Part shown: in pieces, positions 7,895 to 15,959 of the stretch
Layout of the letters: each line of letters opens with the position of its first letter
Numbering within the stretch: position 1 is the first letter of the stretch
Source of the DNA: Stenotrophomonas phage Moby
Strand: one strand, 5' to 3'
Length of the DNA: 32,000 nt
Sequence record: MN095772.1
Made by a program: the position numbers and the translations under genes
The notes under the pieces: model-generated
The model's database searches: none
Told to the model about the DNA's origin: nothing
Seen by the model: only the letters and a program-made list of their open reading frames with translations

Positions 7895-9105
7895 TGAAGA
7901 TTGGATATGAATACGTGATGTCGGGTCTAGGATACACCCGCATCAAGGGAACGCACCTGATTGATTGGACGCATCACAAGTTCGAGCGTGACTTCCATGA
8001 TTCCAAGTTTGCGATCCTGTACAACGCATTCACGGAAGCAGAGTATGGACGTCGATTCAAGGACGTCCATTGCAACGTGTATGCCGACTCGGGTGGTCTG
8101 CAGATGATGACCCGAAACCTCGGGATCACCCCGGAACTGAAGGACAAGGTCTACCAGAACCAGTCCGACTGTTCTCAGTTCGCCATGTGCTTTGACGAGA
8201 TTCCTCTCCGCAAGGCAGAAGACAAGGGCAAGATCGGCAGTCAGCAGGGTCGCTTCTTTGATCGCACTCTGATCAAGGAGAAGGCAACCGAGACCGCACT
8301 CAACATCCGTCGTCAGATCGAACTCTTTGAAGAGACTGGCACGGCGGCTCGTCCGGTGGCAATTATCCAAGGCAACTGCGCCGAGACGATGTTGGAATGG
8401 GCTGATGTGTTGTTCGATCAGGTCGGCGACAAGGCTGACAAGATCGCATCGGTGGCTATCTCCGGTATCTGCATTGGCAACAAGACGATGGAAGAACTGG
8501 AACGCAGCTTTGTGTTCAGTCAGATCCATCGGAACTACAAGATCGATCACCTCCACTTGCTGGGAGTCGGATCGGTCAATCGTGTGTCACCGTTTGTGGT
8601 CTTCGACCGCCTCCTGGAACGAGACATCCTGATCAGCTATGATAGCACGTCGCACGTTCAGTCGACAACCTACGGCTATCACTTCTGGGAAGAAGGCCTC
8701 GTCAAGATCCAGAAGGGCTACTACCACAAGTGGGATGACATGGCAGCGCGTATTGCCGAGTTCTCAGAAGGCACGTTCATTGTTGATGGTCCGGAGCTGT
8801 ACAAGCTCTGCAACACCAACATCAAGGGCATGACCGACGAACAGAAGGACAAGGTCCGCGATGCACTGTTCATGATGGCGGCAATTCAGGCATACAAGAT
8901 GTCTGACTTCGTGGAACGGACGTGCAAGGACTTCGAGAGTAGCCTGATCCATCACGATCAGCACTTGTGGCTCCCATTGCGAGCTCTTCATGATGATGTG
9001 TCGACGGTGCAGGACTTCAATCAGTGGCGCCGGGACTTCCAGCGTTACATCCCGACAAGTCGTGTATCTTCTTCGCATAACTCCTTGGATGACCTGTTCG
9101 GTTAA
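7891..9105 (+). CDS. dpdA: tRNA-guanine transglycosylase-like protein, probable DpdA-family DNA base transglycosylase
   Basis: YADSGGLQMMTR (TGT DSGGxQ motif), AIIQGNCAETMLEWADVLFD, adjacent to queC- and queE-like genes; lacks an obvious TGT zinc site. Confidence 0.75.
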   Translation: MMKIGYEYVMSGLGYTRIKGTHLIDWTHHKFERDFHDSKFAILYNAFTEAEYGRRFKDVHCNVYADSGGLQMMTRNLGITPELKDKVYQNQSDCSQFAMCFDEIPLRKAEDKGKIGSQQGRFFDRTLIKEKATETALNIRRQIELFEETGTAARPVAIIQGNCAETMLEWADVLFDQVGDKADKIASVAISGICIGNKTMEELERSFVFSQIHRNYKIDHLHLLGVGSVNRVSPFVVFDRLLERDILISYDSTSHVQSTTYGYHFWEEGLVKIQKGYYHKWDDMAARIAEFSEGTFIVDGPELYKLCNTNIKGMTDEQKDKVRDALFMMAAIQAYKMSDFVERTCKDFESSLIHHDQHLWLPLRALHDDVSTVQDFNQWRRDFQRYIPTSRVSSSHNSLDDLFG

Positions 9106-9113
9106 GCGATAAT
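9085..9113 (+). promoter_or_regulatory. Putative sigma70-like promoter upstream of queE-like gene
   Basis: TTGGAT-N17-GATAAT. Confidence 0.4.
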
Positions 9114-9139
9114 CATAGAACGAAATAGGAGAGTACATC

Positions 9140-10033
9140 ATGGCAAAGTTTGAAGTATCCGAAGTGTTCATGTCGTTGGAAGGTGAGGCACAATTCACCT
9201 TCCATCCGACTGCATACATTCGGTTTGCGCGGTGCAACCTGAGTTGCCCGTTTTTCAACAACCCGGAACGTGAGAAGACACCGACCGGGTATGCACCGCT
9301 GACCTTCGACCCGAAGGATTACAGCAAGCTGGAAGACATTCCGCTGATCACCAAGGGTTGCGATTCGCAGTATGCGGTGAACCCGATCTTCGCACACATG
9401 TGGAAGAAGCTGGAAGCGGACGAGCTGGTCGATGAACTGCTCTCGGTGATTCCGGGTAACAAGCTAGTGTATGACACGGGCTTGCCGGTGATTGTGAGTC
9501 TGACTGGCGGTGAGCCGACGCTGAAGTGGAAGCAGCTGCCAGAGATCATGTTCCATGAGAAGATGAAGGATTGCAAGCACTTCCTGGTCGAGACCAATTG
9601 CGCCGTCCCGTTCAAGGACGAGTTCATCAGTCAGATTCACAAGTGGCTGAACGAGGATGACAGCCGTCAGTGGACGTGGTCGAACAGTCCGAAGCTGAAA
9701 TCCAGCGGTCACACTCGAACCGAGGCGATCAAGCCTGCGATTGCTCTGATGCAATCGACGTTGTTCAATTCCAACGCTGGTCAGATCAATCAGTACTTCA
9801 AGTTCGTGGTGGACGGTTCGGAAGAAGACTACGCGGAAGTGAAAGAGGTCATGAAGATCTATCATGATGCTGGTTTGGCTCTGGACACACCGATCTGGAT
9901 CATGCCACAGGCTTGCACGCAGGAACAACAGGCGGAGCTGGCACGGTCAGTTGCACGTCGCTGCATGGTTGAAGGCTGGCTGTACTCACATCGTGTTCAG
10001 AATGACCTCTGGGGTAATGGAGTTGGCACTTGA
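9140..10033 (+). CDS. queE: QueE-like (7-carboxy-7-deazaguanine synthase) radical-SAM-family protein
   Basis: IRFARCNLSCPFF, SLTGGEPTL, FLVETNCAV, SNSPKLKSSG, LWGNG; the canonical CxxxCxxC is CxxxCxxF here. Confidence 0.8.
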   Translation: MAKFEVSEVFMSLEGEAQFTFHPTAYIRFARCNLSCPFFNNPEREKTPTGYAPLTFDPKDYSKLEDIPLITKGCDSQYAVNPIFAHMWKKLEADELVDELLSVIPGNKLVYDTGLPVIVSLTGGEPTLKWKQLPEIMFHEKMKDCKHFLVETNCAVPFKDEFISQIHKWLNEDDSRQWTWSNSPKLKSSGHTRTEAIKPAIALMQSTLFNSNAGQINQYFKFVVDGSEEDYAEVKEVMKIYHDAGLALDTPIWIMPQACTQEQQAELARSVARRCMVEGWLYSHRVQNDLWGNGVGT

Positions 10034-10158
10034 TGACGTTCACGCAGTGGATGGCTCATCACGGGTACTGGGCAGGGCGTTACGGAGAAGGCAAGTCTAT
10101 GTATCAGGACATGTACGGCAAGTACTGCCGTGAGTGGCGTCAGAACAACCCAGCTTGA
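10033..10158 (+). CDS. Small hypothetical protein (41 aa)
   Basis: Not in the ORF track. TGATG overlap with the queE-like stop. Translation MTFTQWMAHHGYWAGRYGEGKSMYQDMYGKYCREWRQNNPA; ends 8 nt before the gp41-like start. Confidence 0.6.
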   Translation: MTFTQWMAHHGYWAGRYGEGKSMYQDMYGKYCREWRQNNPA

Positions 10159-10166
10159 GGTAGCAG

Positions 10167-11576
10167 ATGAGTGATATTTCCAATGAGCGCTTGATTCTGG
10201 CGGCGCTCGTAAAGAATGAGGAGTATCTGCGAAAGATGCTCCCGTTCTTGAAGCCAGAGTACTTTGAGGATGTGGCTGAAGGTCGCATGCTCAAGATGAT
10301 CTTTGAACATGCTCAGAGATACAACGAACTGCCCGACAAGTCAACTCTGATCGTCGCAGCGAAGAACGATCAGAGCCTCTCGGAAGGTCAAGCTGACGCG
10401 TTGCACGAAACGATCTTGGACGTGTTCAGTATCATCCCGTCCAAGAACGTCGAGTATCTGTCGGAGACAACAGAGCAGTTCGTCCAGAAGACTGAGGTCT
10501 ATCTGGCGATTCAGAAAGCGATTGCGATCTATCAAGGCGAAGACCTGAAACAGACTGTCGCGGCGATCCCGGACATCTTGGCGAAAGCGTTGGCAGTCAG
10601 CTTTGACATCAAGATCGGTATGGAGTACTTCGATACCGCTGCAGAGCGATACGATTTCTACTCCAATCCGGAAAGCAGAATCCCGTTCCGACTGGAGTCC
10701 TTCAACGAGATCACTTGTGGTGGCGTGATCCGAAAGACGATGAACCTTCTGGTCGCGGGCGTGAACGTTGGTAAGACGATGGGTCTTATCAGTCTTGCAG
10801 CCGACTATGTACGAGACGGTTACAACGTCCTGTACATCTCGGGCGAAATGCGAGAGGAGATGATCTCCCAGCGACTGGACGCGAATCTGCTCGGCACCAA
10901 CGTCAATGATCTGGTCAAGCTCGGTAAGGAGAAGTTCCTGAGCCGAGTCGAAAGTCTCAAGCAGAAGTCCTACGGTCGATTTGTCGTCAAGGAGTTTGCT
11001 CCGGGTACGGCAACGAACCTATCCATCAAGCACACGATGGACGACTTGAAGCTGAAGAAGAACTTCGTACCCGACATCATCATTTGCGATTACCTGCAGA
11101 TCATGGCATCGAGCCGTATGGCATATGGTTCGCAGGGTAGCTACTACTACTACAAGGCAGTCGCGGAAGAGTTGCGAGCCCTGGCGGTAGCGACGAACAC
11201 AGTTCTCTGGACGGCGGCACAGTTCAACCGAGGAGGCATGAACAGCTCTGAGGTGGGCATGGAGGACATTGCAGAATCGACAGGTATTGCCCAGACAGCG
11301 GATGGTATGTGGGCGCTGATCAGAACGGAAGAGTTGGATCAGGTCAACAAGCTGATGGTCAAGCAGTTGAAATCACGATACGCTAACAAGGCGGTGAAGC
11401 TGAAGTTCACCATCGGCGTGGATGTGGATAAGCAGACTCTGTATTCAGTCGAGGATGATAACGCTGATCAATACATGGACGAGTCGAAGGGATCGAACTA
11501 CTCTCAGGCGGACATCAAGGAGCAGTTCATGAAACAGAATGGCGGATCGAAAAGAGACACGTCAAAACTCAAATGA
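10167..11576 (+). CDS. 41: Replicative DnaB-type helicase, T4 gp41-like
   Basis: N-terminus resembles gp41; AGVNVGKTMGLISLAAD (Walker A), VLYISGEMREEMISQRLDANLLG, DIIICDYLQIM, QFNRGG. Confidence 0.92.
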   Translation: MSDISNERLILAALVKNEEYLRKMLPFLKPEYFEDVAEGRMLKMIFEHAQRYNELPDKSTLIVAAKNDQSLSEGQADALHETILDVFSIIPSKNVEYLSETTEQFVQKTEVYLAIQKAIAIYQGEDLKQTVAAIPDILAKALAVSFDIKIGMEYFDTAAERYDFYSNPESRIPFRLESFNEITCGGVIRKTMNLLVAGVNVGKTMGLISLAADYVRDGYNVLYISGEMREEMISQRLDANLLGTNVNDLVKLGKEKFLSRVESLKQKSYGRFVVKEFAPGTATNLSIKHTMDDLKLKKNFVPDIIICDYLQIMASSRMAYGSQGSYYYYKAVAEELRALAVATNTVLWTAAQFNRGGMNSSEVGMEDIAESTGIAQTADGMWALIRTEELDQVNKLMVKQLKSRYANKAVKLKFTIGVDVDKQTLYSVEDDNADQYMDESKGSNYSQADIKEQFMKQNGGSKRDTSKLK

Positions 11577-11580
11577 GGCC

Positions 11581-11609
11581 TTGACGGCTTCACATTCATC
11601 AGGTATCAT
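11581..11609 (+). promoter_or_regulatory. Putative sigma70-like promoter
   Basis: TTGACG-N17-TATCAT, 27 nt before the start of the 101-aa ORF. Confidence 0.5.
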
Positions 11610-11635
11610 ATAGGCTCAATCAAGGAGATGTAGCG

Positions 11636-11941
11636 ATGAATGAGAATGTGAAGCCGGCAGAGTTCAAGCGAGTGTTCAACAGCCGTGAGCAGATCCGCGA
11701 CAACACCCTGGTGGCTGGTCTGGAAGCGTTCTACAACGTCTGCAATCGAGATCCTCAGAACTGGATCTACACGATGGTGTCACACAATGGCGCGGTCGTG
11801 TGTATGCAGGAATACGCAAAGGCTGGCGGTTTTGCGGTCCTCAAGCCGTCGGAGCTTCAGGAAATCGAAGCCGGCATTGTCCCGGAATGGGCTGCCAAGA
11901 TCATGGCTGAATTCGAGCGCCGTTACAACATCCGCCTCTAA
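11636..11941 (+). CDS. Hypothetical protein (101 aa)
   Basis: ATG with a nearby AAGGAG; flanked by its own promoter-like and terminator-like elements. Confidence 0.7.
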   Translation: MNENVKPAEFKRVFNSREQIRDNTLVAGLEAFYNVCNRDPQNWIYTMVSHNGAVVCMQEYAKAGGFAVLKPSELQEIEAGIVPEWAAKIMAEFERRYNIRL

Positions 11942-11946
11942 GACGA

Positions 11947-11977
11947 ACGCCCCAGGTCCGCTTGGGGCGTCTCTTTG
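11947..11977 (+). terminator. Probable rho-independent terminator
   Basis: ACGCCCCA-GGTCCGCT-TGGGGCGT perfect 8-bp stem followed by CTCTTTG. Confidence 0.75.
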
Positions 11978-11991
11978 TGTAAATATCCTGA
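11978..11991 (+). promoter_or_regulatory. Putative T4-like late promoter motif (TGTAAATATCCTGA)
   Basis: Core TAAATATCC shared with 26574-26582 (+) and 21536-21544 (-); resembles T4 late TATAAATA; 26 nt upstream of a probable virion-protein gene. Confidence 0.55.
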
Positions 11992-12017
11992 AGAGTTTCT
12001 TTCACCAGGAGAATTAC

Positions 12018-13256
12018 ATGGCAGCACCAACCTACTTGCCTGAGGCGATTGCTACCGCGATTGGCTGGGCACACCCGATCACAGGCGAACAGCTGGACGT
12101 TACCAAGGGTCTTCCTGGTGCGATCAGCTACTACAAGCCGAATGCTCGCGGACAGTCTTTCATCGATCCGGCAGGAAGTGTTACAAGCCTGATCAACTAC
12201 ATCAAGAAGGGTCCACGAAAGGTCATCTTCACAGTCCAAGCGAAGAAGGCGATCAAGACGGTAGTGACCACATTCGGTGACGAATCCGATCCGCTGACAT
12301 CCGGCGCGACATTCCTTCATGTGTATCCAGATGACCCGGCGACCAAGACCTACTCTCTGTCTTCTGTCGTGACCTACAGCGATGATTCGACCGAAACATT
12401 GACCAAGTCTATCCAGATCCTGGCAGGTGAAGTCGCCGCTCCGGCAAATACTGCAGTGCCAACTATCACAGGCACTGCACGCGTTGGGCAGGTCTTGACG
12501 GCTGGTGATGGTACCTGGACAGGCAATCCTGCTCCGACCTTCACATACGCTTGGTTCCGTGGCACCACAGCAATCTCTGGAGCCACCAGCAACACCTACA
12601 CTCTGGTCGCAGCTGATGCCGGCTCGACCGTGAAGGTGCGCGTGACCGGAACCAATTCCGAAGGTACAGCCAATGCCGAATCGGCTCCAACTGCAAGCGT
12701 GACGCAAGCTCCAGCTAACACCGCTGTTCCGACAGTGACTGGCACAACTCGCGTTGGTCAGACATTGACCGCAGCTCCAGGAACATGGACTGGCACACCA
12801 ACTCCGACTTACACCTACCAGTGGCAGCGTGGCACAACCAACATCAGCGGTGCGACAAGCTCGACTTATGTTCTGGTTGCAGCTGACGCAGGTCAGACAG
12901 TTCGCGTGGTTGTGACCGGCACCAACTCGGCAGGCAACGCTTCGGCGAACAGTGCCAACACGACTTCAGTGACTCAGGCTCCAGCTAACACTGCTGTGCC
13001 GACCATCACCGGAACGGCTCAGGAAGGACAAGTTCTGACCTCGACCAACGGAACATGGACCGGCACACCAACTCCGACTTACACACGCCAGTGGAAGGCA
13101 GGTGGAGTTGATATCGCTGGTGCGACGGCTCAGACTTACACTCCAGTGGCAGGTGACGTTGGCAAGACCATCACAGTTGTGGTCACAGGAACCAACAGTG
13201 CAGGTAATGCAACCGCAACTTCGGCAGCCACCGCAGCGGTTGTCGCGGCGGCATAA
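12018..13256 (+). CDS. Ig-like repeat protein, probable virion decoration (Hoc-like) or tail protein
   Basis: ATG 12018 with AGGAGA SD (the track ORF begins earlier at 11685 and overlaps the previous gene). N-terminal head domain followed by three ~90-aa Ig-like repeats starting APANTAVPT(I/V)TGT. Confidence 0.85.
   Translation: MAAPTYLPEAIATAIGWAHPITGEQLDVTKGLPGAISYYKPNARGQSFIDPAGSVTSLINYIKKGPRKVIFTVQAKKAIKTVVTTFGDESDPLTSGATFLHVYPDDPATKTYSLSSVVTYSDDSTETLTKSIQILAGEVAAPANTAVPTITGTARVGQVLTAGDGTWTGNPAPTFTYAWFRGTTAISGATSNTYTLVAADAGSTVKVRVTGTNSEGTANAESAPTASVTQAPANTAVPTVTGTTRVGQTLTAAPGTWTGTPTPTYTYQWQRGTTNISGATSSTYVLVAADAGQTVRVVVTGTNSAGNASANSANTTSVTQAPANTAVPTITGTAQEGQVLTSTNGTWTGTPTPTYTRQWKAGGVDIAGATAQTYTPVAGDVGKTITVVVTGTNSAGNATATSAATAAVVAAA
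12438..13247 (+). repeat. Three tandem 270-bp coding repeats (Ig-like domains)
   Basis: Repeat starts at 12438, 12708 and 12978 (GCTCC(A/G)GC(A/T)AA(T/C)AC(T/C)GC...), exact period 270 bp. Confidence 0.9.
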
Positions 13257-13271
13257 CCTTGAAACACTTTC

Positions 13272-13300
13272 GGGCCCAGGTAGATCCTGGGCCCTTCTGT
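13272..13300 (+). terminator. Probable rho-independent terminator
   Basis: GGGCCCAGG-TAGAT-CCTGGGCCC perfect 9-bp stem followed by TTCTGT. Confidence 0.8.
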
Positions 13301-13338
13301 CTATATCATACCAGGATACCAAATGATGGAGGTCTGTT

Positions 13339-14259
13339 ATGGGTGGTAATGTAGTGATCAACGGAATGTCCGCTCGACGAATCGAAGTCGAGACTCTTGA
13401 GCAGCTGGTGGACCTGAATCATGAAGTCGCAATCTTGATGCATCGGTTGCAAATGGAACCGGGATCTTACTTCCCGACTGGCAGCTACCGTGCAATGCTC
13501 GAGAATTTCAGCCGAGTCCATCATTCCAAGCCGACGCTGGGTGACGTGGACATTGCAGTACACAAGGATTCCAAGGGGCACATCATGTCGATGCTACCGA
13601 AGCTGGAAGCGATTGATGCAATCGCGGGGTGGAAGGTCTCAGGATCGAACATCATCGTCCTGACCAACACCGGAGAGCAGATCGATCTGGAACTGACCGA
13701 TGGTAGCGCATGGTCGCTATGGATCCGACAGTCAGACATTGCCGATCTGGATTGCGGCATCAAGGGTTTCGCCAACATCTTCCTCTTCCGGGCACTGACC
13801 TCATTGACTGTCAAGGACTTCCCTGGACTTGGTGAGATGAACGAGTATGCCTTCAGCCTGAATGGTCTCCGCCGCAAGGTCGAGATGAATGGCGCTGTCG
13901 CGGAGGTAATCCCGTCATCCAAGGTCAAGCCGAACGACTACATCACCGATCCGGGTACGATCCTCCAGATCCTGTTGGCAGATCGTTGCTTCCAGCCGGT
14001 CTCCAAGATCATCCCGAGCGATGTGTGGGAAGTGTCCAGTTCGTTCGTGAAGCTGTGGGCGTTCGTGTGTAGCTGGATCAAGTCGAAGAGTGATCTGGAT
14101 AAGATCAGCAATGCCCTGTATGACCTGCTGTATAGCGACAAAGCACAAAGCCTGTATCGGGATGATCCCGAACGAGATGCACAAGAGAAGGACGCAATAT
14201 GGAAAGAGTTCCAGCGCACCCTCATGATGAACAAGGCGTCCGTCGCCTATGAAGATTGA
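13339..14259 (+). CDS. Nucleotidyltransferase-fold (pol-beta-like) protein
   Basis: PTGSYR...LGDVDIAV (GS...DxD) and downstream EQIDLEL, fitting the hG[GS]...Dh[DE]h...h[DE]h pattern. Confidence 0.6.
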   Translation: MGGNVVINGMSARRIEVETLEQLVDLNHEVAILMHRLQMEPGSYFPTGSYRAMLENFSRVHHSKPTLGDVDIAVHKDSKGHIMSMLPKLEAIDAIAGWKVSGSNIIVLTNTGEQIDLELTDGSAWSLWIRQSDIADLDCGIKGFANIFLFRALTSLTVKDFPGLGEMNEYAFSLNGLRRKVEMNGAVAEVIPSSKVKPNDYITDPGTILQILLADRCFQPVSKIIPSDVWEVSSSFVKLWAFVCSWIKSKSDLDKISNALYDLLYSDKAQSLYRDDPERDAQEKDAIWKEFQRTLMMNKASVAYED

Positions 14260-15193
14260 GGATCTAGACGCGATCCTCCGAGACAGAAAGTTCCGTACCA
14301 AGAGAGTCAGCGCAAAGCGATTGGTTGTCTACACGAGCGGGTCACGGCAAGAGCTGATGGCCCAGCTCGGCAATGAGTTCGGCGGAGTCTTCTGTCCGAA
14401 CCCTGATTCATACTCAACAGCCGGGTCAACAGACTATGGCTTCTTCAAACTGTATGCGAAGCCCGACAAGGGCGCGGGTGCGAAGGCGGCTGGCATCGAC
14501 AATGAAGACCTCCTTGTCAAGGCCTTGAACAGATACACGACTGATTACAAGAAGGTGACGGTCACGTTCGAGGCGCTCAACATGAAGATCAACGTTGCCA
14601 ATGTCAAGTTCGCTCGTCACTCCGGTGCAGACACGAAGGACCGCAAGAAGGCTGACGTCGTGCTCGAGACTTCATCCGGCGAGGTGCCGATCTCGGTCAA
14701 GAAGGACAAGGCGGAGATGTGGGAGTCAGCTGATTCCTACTGGTCAGCGAACACAGGCATGGTCATCAATCACCTACTCAAGAAGGGTGAGATCACCATG
14801 GAGCCGAACAAGAACGTCTACAAGATCAAGCCGAGCGTTGCCATCGAGGCGACACCGGGAGAGAAGCGTGATGTCGTGTTCGGATCGGACCTTCTCGGCA
14901 AAGGGTTCGTGGCACAGAAGTCATATAGTGAATCAGACTTTTCCTTTAACTTGAAGGCAAAAGAGCTTAAAATCAATTGTACGCACTTGATCCAGTCTGA
15001 GGATGACGTTCACGGCGACCACGATGTGTGGTTCCTGATTCGCCCGGACGCGACAAGGAGATCTGTGAAAGAGTGGCCAGGTGTTCGCACGCTGGCGGTT
15101 TATCAAACCCGACTGACCTCTGGCGTCAGGCGATATGAGAGGAGTGTGTTCAATGGATGCAAGCCCAAGAGTGGGAATCAAAAACGTAACTGA
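14249..15193 (+). CDS. Hypothetical protein, possible PD-(D/E)XK-type nuclease-like fold
   Basis: RKKADVVLETSSGEVPISVKKDKAEMWES fits D-x(n)-(I/V)SxKxxxAE; overlaps the upstream gene by 11 nt. Confidence 0.5.
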   Translation: MKIEDLDAILRDRKFRTKRVSAKRLVVYTSGSRQELMAQLGNEFGGVFCPNPDSYSTAGSTDYGFFKLYAKPDKGAGAKAAGIDNEDLLVKALNRYTTDYKKVTVTFEALNMKINVANVKFARHSGADTKDRKKADVVLETSSGEVPISVKKDKAEMWESADSYWSANTGMVINHLLKKGEITMEPNKNVYKIKPSVAIEATPGEKRDVVFGSDLLGKGFVAQKSYSESDFSFNLKAKELKINCTHLIQSEDDVHGDHDVWFLIRPDATRRSVKEWPGVRTLAVYQTRLTSGVRRYERSVFNGCKPKSGNQKRN

Positions 15194-15959
15194 TCTGGGA
15201 CAGACGAGGTATGAAAGCCTGTTCGCTCCACGGGACGCCGACAACACCAAGTTCCAGTTCCGCTACATCAACGCCAAGATCAAGATGGACGGCATCCCTC
15301 TGCGGTTCGGATTTGATGAGTCATGCACACCGTTCGTGGAGACCAGCCGCAGCGGCTTGATCTATCATCCGACGATGTTTGTCCTGCATGCGAAGAACAA
15401 GCCAGACTCCAATCCTCGCAAACCGTGGATGGTCGCAACCGCATACAAGTATCAGGACCTGGCTACACGGATTCTCAATCTGCTGCACGCCGTACCGCTA
15501 CACAAGCGGTACCGGAATCTCAAGGTTCACGCAGAGTGCTTACCGCGTTGCTTTCAAGACGCGAACGGACGGATCGTCACCTTACCTTACACTCTGCCGG
15601 AAGGCGCTCAGCTGGTCATGTATCCATATCATGTGGATGGCGATACACGTGCGCCGATGGTAGTGGCTAACGAGATTCTCCTCCGCGCGCCATCATTCCC
15701 ATACGATGACCGCCGACGCCATAGAAAGGAGATCTTGATCGAGAATGATGCTATCACGTTGCCTCTGATCGAGTCTGATCAACAGCCGTACCCATCTGAG
15801 CTGTCACACGATATCCTATCCGGGGTGAATTTGCACACACCTTACGGTCCGATTGAAGGTGTCATCATCCCCACAGATTATGGTGATGCAAAGGTGCAGA
15901 GTCCGATCTACAAAGAATGGCGCTCTTCGCTGAAGATCAAGCTGGTGGTGGAAGAATGA
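15153..15959 (+). CDS. Divergent ATP-dependent DNA/RNA-ligase-like covalent nucleotidyltransferase
   Basis: ATG 15153 with GAGGAG SD. Ligase-like motifs in order: motif I AKIKMDGIPLRFG (KxDG), motif III-like KVHAECLP, GAQLVMYPYHVDG, motif IV-like IEGVIIP, motif V-like SLKIKLVV. Confidence 0.6.
   Translation: MDASPRVGIKNVTDLGQTRYESLFAPRDADNTKFQFRYINAKIKMDGIPLRFGFDESCTPFVETSRSGLIYHPTMFVLHAKNKPDSNPRKPWMVATAYKYQDLATRILNLLHAVPLHKRYRNLKVHAECLPRCFQDANGRIVTLPYTLPEGAQLVMYPYHVDGDTRAPMVVANEILLRAPSFPYDDRRRHRKEILIENDAITLPLIESDQQPYPSELSHDILSGVNLHTPYGPIEGVIIPTDYGDAKVQSPIYKEWRSSLKIKLVVEE

Noticed and set aside
6729-8556. Minus-strand ORFs 6729..7124, 7384..7737 and 7927..8556
   Set aside because: All antisense to HAD-like, QueC-like and TGT-like genes with good motifs.
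11685-12017. N-terminal extension of the Ig-like ORF in the track
   Set aside because: This part is out-of-frame with the 101-aa ORF and spans a terminator; ATG 12018 with an SD is the better start.
12438-13247. Could the 270-bp repeats be a CRISPR or regulatory repeat array?
   Set aside because: They are in-frame coding repeats of 90 codons with degenerate third positions, fitting Ig-like domains; no short direct repeats with spacers.
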